DNA from: a virus
Length of the DNA stretch: 27,934 nt
Virus genome (UHGV): UHGV-0188207
Reading direction: 5' to 3' (one strand)
Below the pieces are notes generated by a model that was not told the origin of the DNA, searched no databases, and saw nothing but the letters and a program-made list of their open reading frames with translations. The translations under genes and the position numbers were made by a program. Positions 1 through 7,640 of this stretch are shown here, in pieces; the first letter of the stretch is position 1, and every line of letters begins with the position of its first letter.

Positions 1-4
1 AAGG

Positions 5-495
5 ATGAATATGAAAAAAGCATTAATTACAGGTATTACAGGTCAAGATGGTTCCTACTTGGCTGAATTCCTTCTTGATAAAGGGTATGAAGTGCATGGC
101 ATTAAACGTCGAGCATCTTCATTTAATACAGAGCGTGTTGATCACATTTATCAAGATCGCCACAATCAAAATCCAAATTTCTTTCTTCATTACGGTGATT
201 TGACAGATACTTCAAACTTGGTTCGCCTCATTAAAGAAATCCAACCAGACGAAGTTTATAACCTTGGCGCTCAATCTCATGTAGCGGTTTCATTCGAATC
301 ACCTGAATACACTGCTGACGTGGATGCGATGGGGACTTTACGTCTGCTGGAAGCGATTCGTATTTGTGGGCTAGAGAAAAAAACACGTTTCTATCAGGCA
401 TCAACTTCTGAACTCTTCGGCTTAGTTCAGGAAATCCCGCAGCGAGAAACAACACCATTCTACCCTCGTTCGCCTTATGCTGTTGCGAAGATGTA
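5..495 (+). pseudogene. gmd: GDP-mannose 4,6-dehydratase, 5' portion (about 164 codons) truncated by IS3 insertion
   Basis: Translation [51 protein letters not shown]... matches the Gmd N-terminal Rossmann region (GxTGQDG motif); the reading frame runs into the IS3 terminal repeat at 496 and ends inside the IS. Confidence 0.8.
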
Positions 496-525
496 TGATC
501 CTACCCACGTAATATGGACACAGGC

Positions 526-1392
526 CTAAGCGAGGTTCTTGTTTTCAAATTGTTCCGGACTGAGGCCGCCACACCAACTGTGCCGCCGCCACCGATTGTA
601 ATCACATTCGATATAATTAAACACCGTTGCCCGCATTATTTCCCGGCTGATAAAGTGTTCTCCATGGATACATTCCACTTTCAGCGAATGAAAGAAGCTT
701 TCCACGCAGGCATTATCGTAGCAGCAACCTTTTGCGCTCATACTTCCACGCAGATTATGCCGCTTCAGTTGCGCCTGATAATCTGCTGAACAGTACTGGC
801 CTCCACGGTCCGTGTGAACGATAACGTTCCGGGGCCTCTTACGCCGCCACAGCGCCATCTGCAGGGCATCGCAGGCCAGTTGCGCCGTCATGCGTGGCGA
901 CATTGACCAGCCAATAACGGCACGTGACCACAGGTCAATGACCACTGCCAGATACAGCCAGCCTTCATCTGTACGTAAGTACGTGATGTCTCCTGCCCAC
1001 TTCTGGTTCGGGCCACTGGCGTAAAAATCCTGCTCCAACAGATTTTCTGACACAGGCAGGCCGTGTGCGCGGTAGCTGACCGGGCTGAACTTCCGGGAGG
1101 CCTTTGCCCTCAGTCCCTGACGGCGCAGGCTTGCCGCCACGGTTTTTACGTTAAAGGGGTAACCCTGAGCACGCAGTTCATCCGTCAGGCGTGGGGCACC
1201 GTAACGCTGTTTTGACCGGGTAAAAGCCGCGAGGACAACGCTGTCGCAGTGTTGGCGGAACTGCTGACGCGTGCTTATCCTTGTCCGCCGCTGACACCAC
1301 GTATACCAGCCGCTGCGGGCCACCCGGAGCACGCGGCACATTGCTTTGATGCTGAACTCAGCCTGATGTTTTTCAATAAAGACATACTTCAT
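526..1392 (-). CDS. insF: IS3 transposase OrfB (DDE catalytic domain)
   Basis: 288-aa [39 protein letters not shown]...; IS3-family OrfB recognised from sequence; overlaps orfA in the -1 frame. Confidence 0.9.
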
Positions 1393-1688
1393 TTCAGGCG
1401 CTTCGCGAAGTATGTCGCGGCCTTTTGGAGGATAGCCAGCTCTTCATCCCGTTCTGCCAGCTGGCGTTTGAGACGTGCAATCTCGGTAGACATCTCCAGT
1501 TCACGTTCAGAAGACGTCTGCTGATTTTGCTGTTTACTGCGCCAGTTGTAGAGTTGTGATTCATACAGGCTGAGTTCACGGGCTGCGGCAGTAACACCGA
1601 TGCGTTCAGCAAGCTTCAGGGCTTCACTGCGAAATTCAGGCGAATGCTGTTTACGGGGTTTTTTACTGGTTGATACTGTTTTTGTCAT
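1389..1688 (-). CDS. insE: IS3 transposase OrfA (HTH DNA-binding subunit)
   Basis: [55 protein letters not shown]...; start taken at the internal ATG of the 102-aa track ORF. Confidence 0.85.
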
Positions 1689-1754
1689 GTGAGTCACCTC
1701 TGACTGAGAGTTTACTCACTTAGCCGCGTGTCCACTATTGCTGGGTAAGATCAC

Positions 1755-1790
1755 AAAAAAGCCCGCAGGGCTTGCGCCGTGCGGGCTCTT
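1755..1790 (-). terminator. Rho-independent terminator (GC hairpin plus T-tract on the minus strand)
   Basis: Minus strand reads AGAGCCCGCACGGCGCAAGCCCTGCGGGCTTTTTTG: stem CCCGCA/TGCGGG followed by T6; lies directly 3' of the ssrA-like fragment. Confidence 0.5.
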
Positions 1791-1833
1791 AGGACTTCAT
1801 CGGATGACTCTGGTAATCACCGATGGAGAATTT

Positions 1834-1878
1834 TGGTGGAGCTGGCGGGAGTTGAACCCGCGTCCGAAATTCCTACAT
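1834..1878 (-). other. ssrA: Attachment-site core: 45-nt copy of the 3' end of the tmRNA gene (ssrA), without the rest of the gene
   Basis: Minus strand reads ATGTAGGAATTTCGGACGCGGGTTCAACTCCCGCCAGCTCCACCA, which matches the tmRNA 3' acceptor/T-arm end as I recall it; sequence further 5' does not match tmRNA. Confidence 0.7.
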
Positions 1879-1963
1879 AGCATTTCAATGTCTGTAAAAA
1901 CAATGATTTGCTTTGATTTTCAGTTGGTTAGATTTATGCGGTGTCTGTCCGTTTTATGGGTTT

Positions 1964-2632
1964 TTAACTTTCTGCCGCCAAAGTGCCGCCACTGCATTTG
2001 TCGCCTAAACGCCTATTCGAAACGATTAATCTCTCGGCGATCTTAATCTTGGAGAGCTTATCTAGGCAGATAAAGCATATTGCTACTCCCGATACCACAA
2101 AATAGCTGCTTAAACCAAAGTATTGCCAAGTAGTTAGATGGTTTATCTTCTCCATCATCTTAGCACTTACTACAACAGAATAACTAAAAGGAAGTGCTAC
2201 GATGAGACTGCTCATGAAGTAAATTAGAGTTGTTATGAATTTTATTAATTTTCTATATATGCTGTATTTATATCTTTTTTTATTCCATGCGAATATTTCT
2301 TTATGGGTGGTAATGGAAATTAGACTTTGACATTTGGAATAATTATCTATATCGCTAACGGGGTTTGTTGTGTTGAGTAATATTAATCTTTGTTTTTTTG
2401 TCAATGTGTTATCTTTGGTTAATGCAGCAATGCCGTAATCTTCCGCCAGTTTTTTGAAGGTCGGATCTTCACTGCTTTTATACATCTGATATGAAAATTC
2501 GCTAATGTTTTTACGTGATGTGAATAGTTTATCTTTTTTATAAGTCCACCCTGTTTTAAGCCCTAATAAGGATATAATGGCAGATAGGGAAGGGAATAAT
2601 ATTTTTATAAGTAACTCTAGTTCGCTATTCAT
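1964..2632 (-). CDS. Hypothetical membrane protein (about 3 predicted TM segments), AT-rich cargo gene between integrase and att
   Basis: 222-aa ORF; start ATG 10 bp after the int stop with a GAGGT RBS; hydrophobic stretches LIKILFPSLSAIISLLGL, LIKFITTLIYFMSSLIVALPF, YFGLSSYFVVSGVAICFICL; the 3' end runs into GC-richer att-flanking DNA, so the true stop is uncertain. Confidence 0.5.
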   Translation of the reverse strand: MNSELELLIKILFPSLSAIISLLGLKTGWTYKKDKLFTSRKNISEFSYQMYKSSEDPTFKKLAEDYGIAALTKDNTLTKKQRLILLNTTNPVSDIDNYSKCQSLISITTHKEIFAWNKKRYKYSIYRKLIKFITTLIYFMSSLIVALPFSYSVVVSAKMMEKINHLTTWQYFGLSSYFVVSGVAICFICLDKLSKIKIAERLIVSNRRLGDKCSGGTLAAES

Positions 2633-2642
2633 AAATTACTAC

Positions 2643-3659
2643 TTACCTCAAATTAAATAAAGGATTTTTAGTTACGGCATCTTCTAAATGGTCTGGGGCG
2701 AAGTGTGCATAGACCATGGTCATTTTTATATCTGAATGTCCTAGGATATCCCGCAAAACCAATATGTTTCCACCATTCATCATAAAATGGCTAGCGAATG
2801 TATGACGCAGAACGTGAGTACATTGACCCTCTGGCAGATCGATACCAGCCCGCTTTACTGCACGCTCAAAGGCTTTTCTGCATGGGGTGAATAACTTCCC
2901 CCTATTCTTAGGCAGTTCTTCATATAAATCCTTAGAAATAGGCACAGTTCGGTTTTTCTTGCCTTTGGTCTTGGTATAAGTGATACGGTATTTTGATACC
3001 TGATGACTCTGCAGGTTTTCGGCTTCGCTCCAGCGTGCGCCGGTGGCCAGGCATATTTTTGCAATCAAAAGCAGGCTGGAGCTTTGAGAATCGGCGCAGG
3101 CATCCAGCAGACGTTTAATTTCTTCCGGGGTCAGGAACGCCAATTCACTCTCAGCAATTTTAAATGTTGGCAGCCCAGCAAGCGGGTTGGGGGCTGACCA
3201 GTGGCCCAGCTTTTTCAGTGTACCAAAAACAGATGATAGATTGCGCTGTTCAAGGTTTACCGTGCGGGGCTTAACGGGCGACATAAACGTGCCATCTTCA
3301 TTTCGTACTTCACCTTTTAACCGTGCTTCGCGGTATTTCGTAAAGTCACCGGCTGTCAGTTCTGAGGCGATGGGGTCGCCTAGACCATTACAGATAATTC
3401 TAAGTTTCGCCATGAGGCGCTTGGGGTCTGCGAGTGTCTGACCATACAGGGAATACCAAAGCTCAATTAATTCTGATAGGTGTCGCCGATCATCCTTTTC
3501 TCCTAACCACGGTTTTTTGTTCACTTCTTCCATTGTGAAGCTTTCAAATGCAATGGCTTCGCCTTTGGTAGCAAATTGCTTACGCACGCGCTTACCATTG
3601 CGTCCATTGGGATAGCACTCACACAACCATTTTCCGTTCGGCTGTTTTCTGATGGTCAT
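2643..3659 (-). CDS. int: Tyrosine integrase, P2/186 family
   Basis: 338-aa ORF with C-terminal catalytic region HVLRHTFASHFMMNGGNILVLRDILGHSDIKMTMVYAHFAPDHL (R..H..R..Y tyrosine recombinase signature); adjacent to the att core. Confidence 0.9.
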   Translation of the reverse strand: MTIRKQPNGKWLCECYPNGRNGKRVRKQFATKGEAIAFESFTMEEVNKKPWLGEKDDRRHLSELIELWYSLYGQTLADPKRLMAKLRIICNGLGDPIASELTAGDFTKYREARLKGEVRNEDGTFMSPVKPRTVNLEQRNLSSVFGTLKKLGHWSAPNPLAGLPTFKIAESELAFLTPEEIKRLLDACADSQSSSLLLIAKICLATGARWSEAENLQSHQVSKYRITYTKTKGKKNRTVPISKDLYEELPKNRGKLFTPCRKAFERAVKRAGIDLPEGQCTHVLRHTFASHFMMNGGNILVLRDILGHSDIKMTMVYAHFAPDHLEDAVTKNPLFNLR

Positions 3660-3662
3660 AAG

Positions 3663-4295
3663 TTAGAGGTTCTTGATTACTTTGACTGCACGTCCTACGA
3701 CTTCCACATCATCTACAGAACATTCAAATGAAGTGTCATCTTGGCTAACTACTATTTTGTTTCCGGGTATGCGCGCAATTTTGACGATGCTTTTAACTCC
3801 GTCCATATCGACTAACCAGAAGCCATTACTGACTTGTTTAACGGACGTATCCACTACAAAGCTATTATTAGCTGTTTTAACAAATAAAGCGTTGGATGAG
3901 TCACCATCGAGCAGGCTGCTATCAAGAAGAATTTCATCACTTGCCTGCAGTTCGCCGTTCTTCAGTTCAACACGTTTGATGCTAGGAGCAACGATCTTAG
4001 AAAGTGGTCTTACAGTGACGGGAGGTTCATTTTTGAGATTTGTTTCTTCGTTCTCACACGCATACATATCTCCTTGACCAGTAGCCAGCCATAGAAGGGA
4101 AGCTCCTGTTTCAAGGGCACATTGAATTACCCATTCGGCAGGAAAGCTATCCCTTAAGTATCTGTTAGCCATAGTGCTTTTGGATACTTCCAGATGTTCG
4201 CAGAGCTGCTGTCGTGAGCTGAAGTTGTAAGCCTTAATAAGCCTGTTAATTGCATCGCGCCCACCACTATCATTTCCCGCTTTGATTAAACTCAT
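3663..4295 (-). CDS. cI: Immunity repressor CI (186-like CI with HTH N-domain)
   Basis: ORF MSLIKAGNDSGGRDAINRLIKAYNFSSRQQLCEHLEVSKSTMANRYLRD...; 3-bp gap to int; divergent from the early lytic operon; start set at the ATG with a GAGG RBS. Confidence 0.7.
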   Translation of the reverse strand: MSLIKAGNDSGGRDAINRLIKAYNFSSRQQLCEHLEVSKSTMANRYLRDSFPAEWVIQCALETGASLLWLATGQGDMYACENEETNLKNEPPVTVRPLSKIVAPSIKRVELKNGELQASDEILLDSSLLDGDSSNALFVKTANNSFVVDTSVKQVSNGFWLVDMDGVKSIVKIARIPGNKIVVSQDDTSFECSVDDVEVVGRAVKVIKNL

Positions 4296-4306
4296 AATCA
4301 AACCTC

Positions 4307-4335
4307 TTGACGTATATAAAAAGTGATCTTAATAT
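4307..4335 (+). promoter_or_regulatory. Candidate early lytic promoter (pR-like): TTGACG-17 bp-TAATAT
   Basis: -35 TTGACG at 4307-4312 and -10 TAATAT at 4330-4335, upstream of the Apl-like gene and overlapping the cI translation start; AAACC-rich repeats follow at 4360-4405. Confidence 0.45.
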
Positions 4336-4411
4336 CCATTCATGGTTTGAAAAGCAAAACCAAACCACATAAAACAAGATAAAACGAAACCAAACTAAGA
4401 GATACTGCACT

Positions 4412-4654
4412 ATGAGTACTGATATTTCAATTCGAGTACCAAAAGAGATGGCAACGCCTGCTGAGTTCGCTGAATGGGAAGGTATCTCCCGCGGCTCTGT
4501 GTATCAAAAAATTCACCATGGTCAGCTTGCTAAATACATGGTCAAGAAGGAAAAAAACAAAGGCCGCGTAAGCCTGCGTTATTTAATGTACAAAACCGAT
4601 CAGGTCCGTGAATCCCTCGGTCATTCCAACTTCCGCGTCATTGTTGGTAAGTAA
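4412..4654 (+). CDS. Apl/Cox-like excisionase/transcriptional regulator (first gene of the early lytic operon)
   Basis: 80-aa ORF divergent from cI with HTH-like segment EWEGISRGSVYQKIHHGQL; position equivalent to 186 apl / P2 cox. Confidence 0.55.
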   Translation: MSTDISIRVPKEMATPAEFAEWEGISRGSVYQKIHHGQLAKYMVKKEKNKGRVSLRYLMYKTDQVRESLGHSNFRVIVGK

Positions 4655-4686
4655 GTTCAATTATGAGAACTTTCTAAGGGGGTAGC

Positions 4687-5196
4687 ATGTTTGATTATAA
4701 GATTTCCAAACACCCGCATTTTGATGAAGCCTGTAGAGCTTTTGCACTTCGTCACAATATGGCGAAGCTGGCAGAACGTGCAGGAATGAATGTCCAGACA
4801 CTGCGAAACAAACTCAACCCAGATCAACCGCATCAGCTCAATGCGCCAGAAATCTGGCTGCTTACCGATCTGACTGAAGATTCAACGCTGATAGATGGTT
4901 TTCTGGCACAGATTCACTGCCTACCATGTGTACCGATTAATGAGGTGGCAAAAGAGAAGCTGCCGCATTACGTCATGAGTGCAACTGCAGAGATAGGGCG
5001 TGTCGCGGCAGGTGCGGTTTCTGGCGATGTAAAAACCAGTGCAGGCCGTCGTGATGCGATCAGCAGCATTAACTCTGTTACACGACTGATGGCGCTGGCT
5101 GCTGTTTCATTGCAGGCCCGTTTACAGGCTAATCCTGCGATGGCGAGTGCGGTTGATACCGTGACTGGCCTCGGTGCTTCATTCGGTTTGCTGTGA
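4687..5196 (+). CDS. cII: CII-like regulatory protein (186 CII family)
   Basis: 169-aa ORF (the size I recall for 186 CII) directly after the apl-like gene; N-terminal HTH-like region. Confidence 0.6.
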   Translation: MFDYKISKHPHFDEACRAFALRHNMAKLAERAGMNVQTLRNKLNPDQPHQLNAPEIWLLTDLTEDSTLIDGFLAQIHCLPCVPINEVAKEKLPHYVMSATAEIGRVAAGAVSGDVKTSAGRRDAISSINSVTRLMALAAVSLQARLQANPAMASAVDTVTGLGASFGLL

Positions 5197-5203
5197 GGTG
5201 CTT

Positions 5204-5500
5204 ATGCTGACGAAAGAACCATCATTTGCATCGCTGCTGGTAAAACAAAGCCCGGCAATGCACTACGGTCACGGCTGGATCATGGGTGAGGATGGTAAAC
5301 GCTGGCATCCGTGCCGTTCACAAGATGAATTGCTGTCTGAATTGACCACGAGGAAACGGAGAAAGTCCAAATGTATGCGGCAGAAAATGAAGTGGTTTAT
5401 CACTTTCGTTACAGAGGGGAGAATTATTCAGTACCTGAAGATGATTTGCTCAGTTGCTATCCGTCGTTGTCGGGCGATGGTAGCTACTTTTTCACGCTAA
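5204..5500 (+). CDS. Hypothetical early protein (possibly Fil-like); 3' part overlaps the next ORF in another frame
   Basis: GAGGTG RBS 6 bp before the ATG at 5204; N-terminal 57 aa look protein-like (MLTKEPSFASLLVKQSPAMHYGHGWIMGEDGKRWHPCRSQDELLSELT), the tail is compositionally odd. Confidence 0.35.
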   Translation: MLTKEPSFASLLVKQSPAMHYGHGWIMGEDGKRWHPCRSQDELLSELTTRKRRKSKCMRQKMKWFITFVTEGRIIQYLKMICSVAIRRCRAMVATFSR

Positions 5501-5595
5501 AGGATGGAACCTTTATACGTGGTGAAAAAGTACAAGAAGTGATGCGTATAAAGACATCACCTCTTGAACGTTATCGGCGAAATATTTATCGGTAA
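5371..5595 (+). CDS. Hypothetical early phage protein
   Basis: 74-aa ORF MYAAENEVVYHFRYRGENYSVPEDDLL... with a GGAGA RBS; protein-like composition. Confidence 0.5.
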   Translation: MYAAENEVVYHFRYRGENYSVPEDDLLSCYPSLSGDGSYFFTLKDGTFIRGEKVQEVMRIKTSPLERYRRNIYR

Positions 5596-5834
5596 CGATC
5601 TATCAGTGTCTGTATCAGATGAGTGAATTCTTGTTGTTTAACCGAACCTAAAGGAAGTTTGTTTAATTCTTCGCGGAGGAGCTCAAAAAATGCTGATTGA
5701 TTTGCTGAGTCAGTTCGAAATAAGGAGTGGATCAGACCTGAAACAAGAATTCGTTGAACAGCAACCTCATCGCGAAGACTGGAGATCTCGTTTTCAAGTT
5801 GCTCTATACGCTCTCTTTCAACCGGGTTCAACAT
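5586..5834 (-). CDS. Hypothetical small helical protein encoded antisense to the early operon
   Basis: 82-aa ORF MLNPVERERIEQLENEISSLRDEVAVQRILVSGL... with an AGGAA RBS 5 bp upstream of the ATG; convergent 10-bp overlap with the preceding plus-strand ORF. Confidence 0.45.
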   Translation of the reverse strand: MLNPVERERIEQLENEISSLRDEVAVQRILVSGLIHSLFRTDSANQSAFFELLREELNKLPLGSVKQQEFTHLIQTLIDRYR

Positions 5835-5916
5835 TGATGATTCCTTCTAGCTATCAATATGTTGGTAATGGATCATATCAAAAATTTTTTAGTAGATGTG
5901 TTGTGGGGATGCATAA

Positions 5917-6258
5917 ATGGCTATTGAAAGCGCTGCGGCGACTGTTCCATTAAGCCCCGGTGAACGCCTGAATGGACTTAATCACATTGCGGAGTTAAGG
6001 GCGAAAGTATTTGGCCTGAATATTGAGTCAGAGCTTGAGCGGTTTATTAAAGATATGCGTGATCCACGGGATATCAATAACGAACAAAATAAACGGGCAC
6101 TGGCTGCTATATTCTTTATGGCAAAAATTCCAGCTGAACGTCATAGCATCAGCATTAATGAGCTGACCACTGACGAAAAGCGGGAGTTGATTAAAGCAAT
6201 GAATCATTTTCGTGCAGTGGTGAGCTTATTTCCCAGACGGCTAACCATGCCGAATTAA
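5917..6258 (+). CDS. Hypothetical early protein
   Basis: 113-aa ORF in the early operon; no recognisable motif. Confidence 0.5.
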   Translation: MAIESAAATVPLSPGERLNGLNHIAELRAKVFGLNIESELERFIKDMRDPRDINNEQNKRALAAIFFMAKIPAERHSISINELTTDEKRELIKAMNHFRAVVSLFPRRLTMPN

Positions 6259-6325
6259 CCAACTAATGAAATTAATGGCGTAAACCCGCCGGGTATCCCT
6301 TTATCTAAATTCAGGAGAATTGATT

Positions 6326-6559
6326 ATGCGTAATATTGAAACCCTCACGACTAAAACCGGACCGGATGATGCTGGGCTTAATATTTTACTGACAGAGGCT
6401 CGTCTGGAAGAACGCCGGGCAAGGGCTGAAGCAATGGCAGCTCGCCTTGATAGCCTGGCGTGTCATATCACATCCCGCCAGCTAAACCACGTCGAAGCAG
6501 CAGAACTACTGCGTGTAACTGCTGAAGCAATCCAGAACGAAGCGCAGGAGATCCACTAA
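6326..6559 (+). CDS. Hypothetical early protein
   Basis: ORF MRNIETLTTKTGPDDAGLNILL... with an AGGAGA RBS; its stop overlaps the next start (TAATG). Confidence 0.5.
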   Translation: MRNIETLTTKTGPDDAGLNILLTEARLEERRARAEAMAARLDSLACHITSRQLNHVEAAELLRVTAEAIQNEAQEIH

Positions 6560-6786
6560 TGGCTGATGCAATGGATCTCGTACAGCAGCGCGTTGAAGAA
6601 GAACGTCAGCGCCATATCCGTGCTGCCCGTGCCAAAACGCCGGGCGTGTCCCGCGTGCTTTGCATTGAGTGTGAAGCGCCAATTCCGCCAGCACGCCGCC
6701 GCGCCATTCCAGGTGTGCAGCTTTGCATTACCTGTCAGGAAATCGCAGAGCTGAAAGGCAAACATTACAACGGAGGTGCTGTATGA
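6559..6786 (+). CDS. TraR/DksA-family C4 zinc-finger protein
   Basis: 75-aa ORF with CIECEAPIP...CITCQ four-cysteine motif, as in small TraR/DksA-like proteins of P2-like phages. Confidence 0.7.
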   Translation: MADAMDLVQQRVEEERQRHIRAARAKTPGVSRVLCIECEAPIPPARRRAIPGVQLCITCQEIAELKGKHYNGGAV

Positions 6787-7640
6787 GCACCATCCTGAAA
6801 TGGGCGGGAAATAAAACCGCCATTATGTCCGAACTGAAAAAACACCTTCCTGCTGGCCCGCGACTGGTTGAACCTTTCGCGGGTTCCTGTGCTGTGATGA
6901 TGGAGACGGATTACCCCAGCTATCTGGTTGCGGATATTAATCCTGATTTAATCAACCTCTATAAAAAGGTTGCCGCTGATTGTGAATCGTTTATATCTCG
7001 CGCCAGAGTTTTATTTGAGATCGCAAACAGGGAGGTGGCTTATTACAACATAAGGCAGGAGTTTAATTACTCCACTGAAATTACTGATTTCATGAAAGCG
7101 GTATATTTCCTGTATCTCAATCGTCATGGTTACCGTGGATTATGTCGCTATAACAAGAGCGGGCATTTCAACATTCCGTACGGTAATTATAAAAATCCGT
7201 ATTTCCCTGAAAAGGAAATTCGCGCATTTGCAGAGAAAGCCCAGCGTGCAACGTTTATCTGCGCAAGCTTTGATGAAACGCTGGCGATGCTGCAGGTGGG
7301 GGATGTGGTGTATTGCGATCCGCCGTATGACGGTACGTTTTCCGGCTATCACACTGATGGTTTCACTGAAGATGACCAGTATCACCTGGCATCCGTTCTT
7401 GAACATCGGTCATCAGAAGGACATCCGGTCATTGTTTCTAACAGTGATACATCCCTGATCCGTTCGCTGTATCGCAATTTTACTCACCACTACATCAAGG
7501 CAAAACGCAGCATCGGTGTAGCAGCTGGTGAGAGTAAATCTGCAACAGAAATCATCGCTGTTTCCGGGCCGCGCTGCTGGGTGGGATTTGATCCTTCGCG
7601 TGGCGTGGATAGTTCTGCCGTGTACGGAGTGCGTGCATGA
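6783..7640 (+). CDS. dam: DNA adenine methyltransferase (Dam-like, D12 class)
   Basis: [18 protein letters not shown]...FAGSCAV...[11 protein letters not shown] (DPPY catalytic motif and FxGxG AdoMet motif); ATGA-coupled to flanking genes. Confidence 0.8.
   Translation: MSTILKWAGNKTAIMSELKKHLPAGPRLVEPFAGSCAVMMETDYPSYLVADINPDLINLYKKVAADCESFISRARVLFEIANREVAYYNIRQEFNYSTEITDFMKAVYFLYLNRHGYRGLCRYNKSGHFNIPYGNYKNPYFPEKEIRAFAEKAQRATFICASFDETLAMLQVGDVVYCDPPYDGTFSGYHTDGFTEDDQYHLASVLEHRSSEGHPVIVSNSDTSLIRSLYRNFTHHYIKAKRSIGVAAGESKSATEIIAVSGPRCWVGFDPSRGVDSSAVYGVRA

Larger units (their letters stand above)
496..1753 (-). mobile_element. IS3 insertion sequence (1258 bp), complete, with terminal inverted repeats
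   Basis: Ends TGATCCTACCCACGTAATATGGACACAGGCC (496-) and reverse complement of TGATCTTACCCAGCAATAGTGGACACGCGGC (-1753); contains overlapping orfA/orfB typical of IS3. Confidence 0.9.

Noticed and set aside
1834-1878. Possible intact tmRNA or tRNA gene
   Set aside because: Only the 3' 45 nt match tmRNA; upstream sequence does not continue the gene, so this is an att core, not a functional RNA gene.
1738-2046. 102-aa plus-strand ORF spanning the att core
   Set aside because: Covers the terminator and ssrA-derived att sequence; no RBS; explained by noncoding junction DNA.
3673-4077. 134-aa plus-strand ORF
   Set aside because: Antisense inside the cI repressor gene; Ser/Thr/Leu-rich composition typical of a spurious frame.
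5690-5953. 87-aa plus-strand ORF
   Set aside because: Overlaps the better-supported minus-strand 82-aa ORF and the start of the next plus-strand gene; composition less protein-like; kept as an alternative only in the findings.
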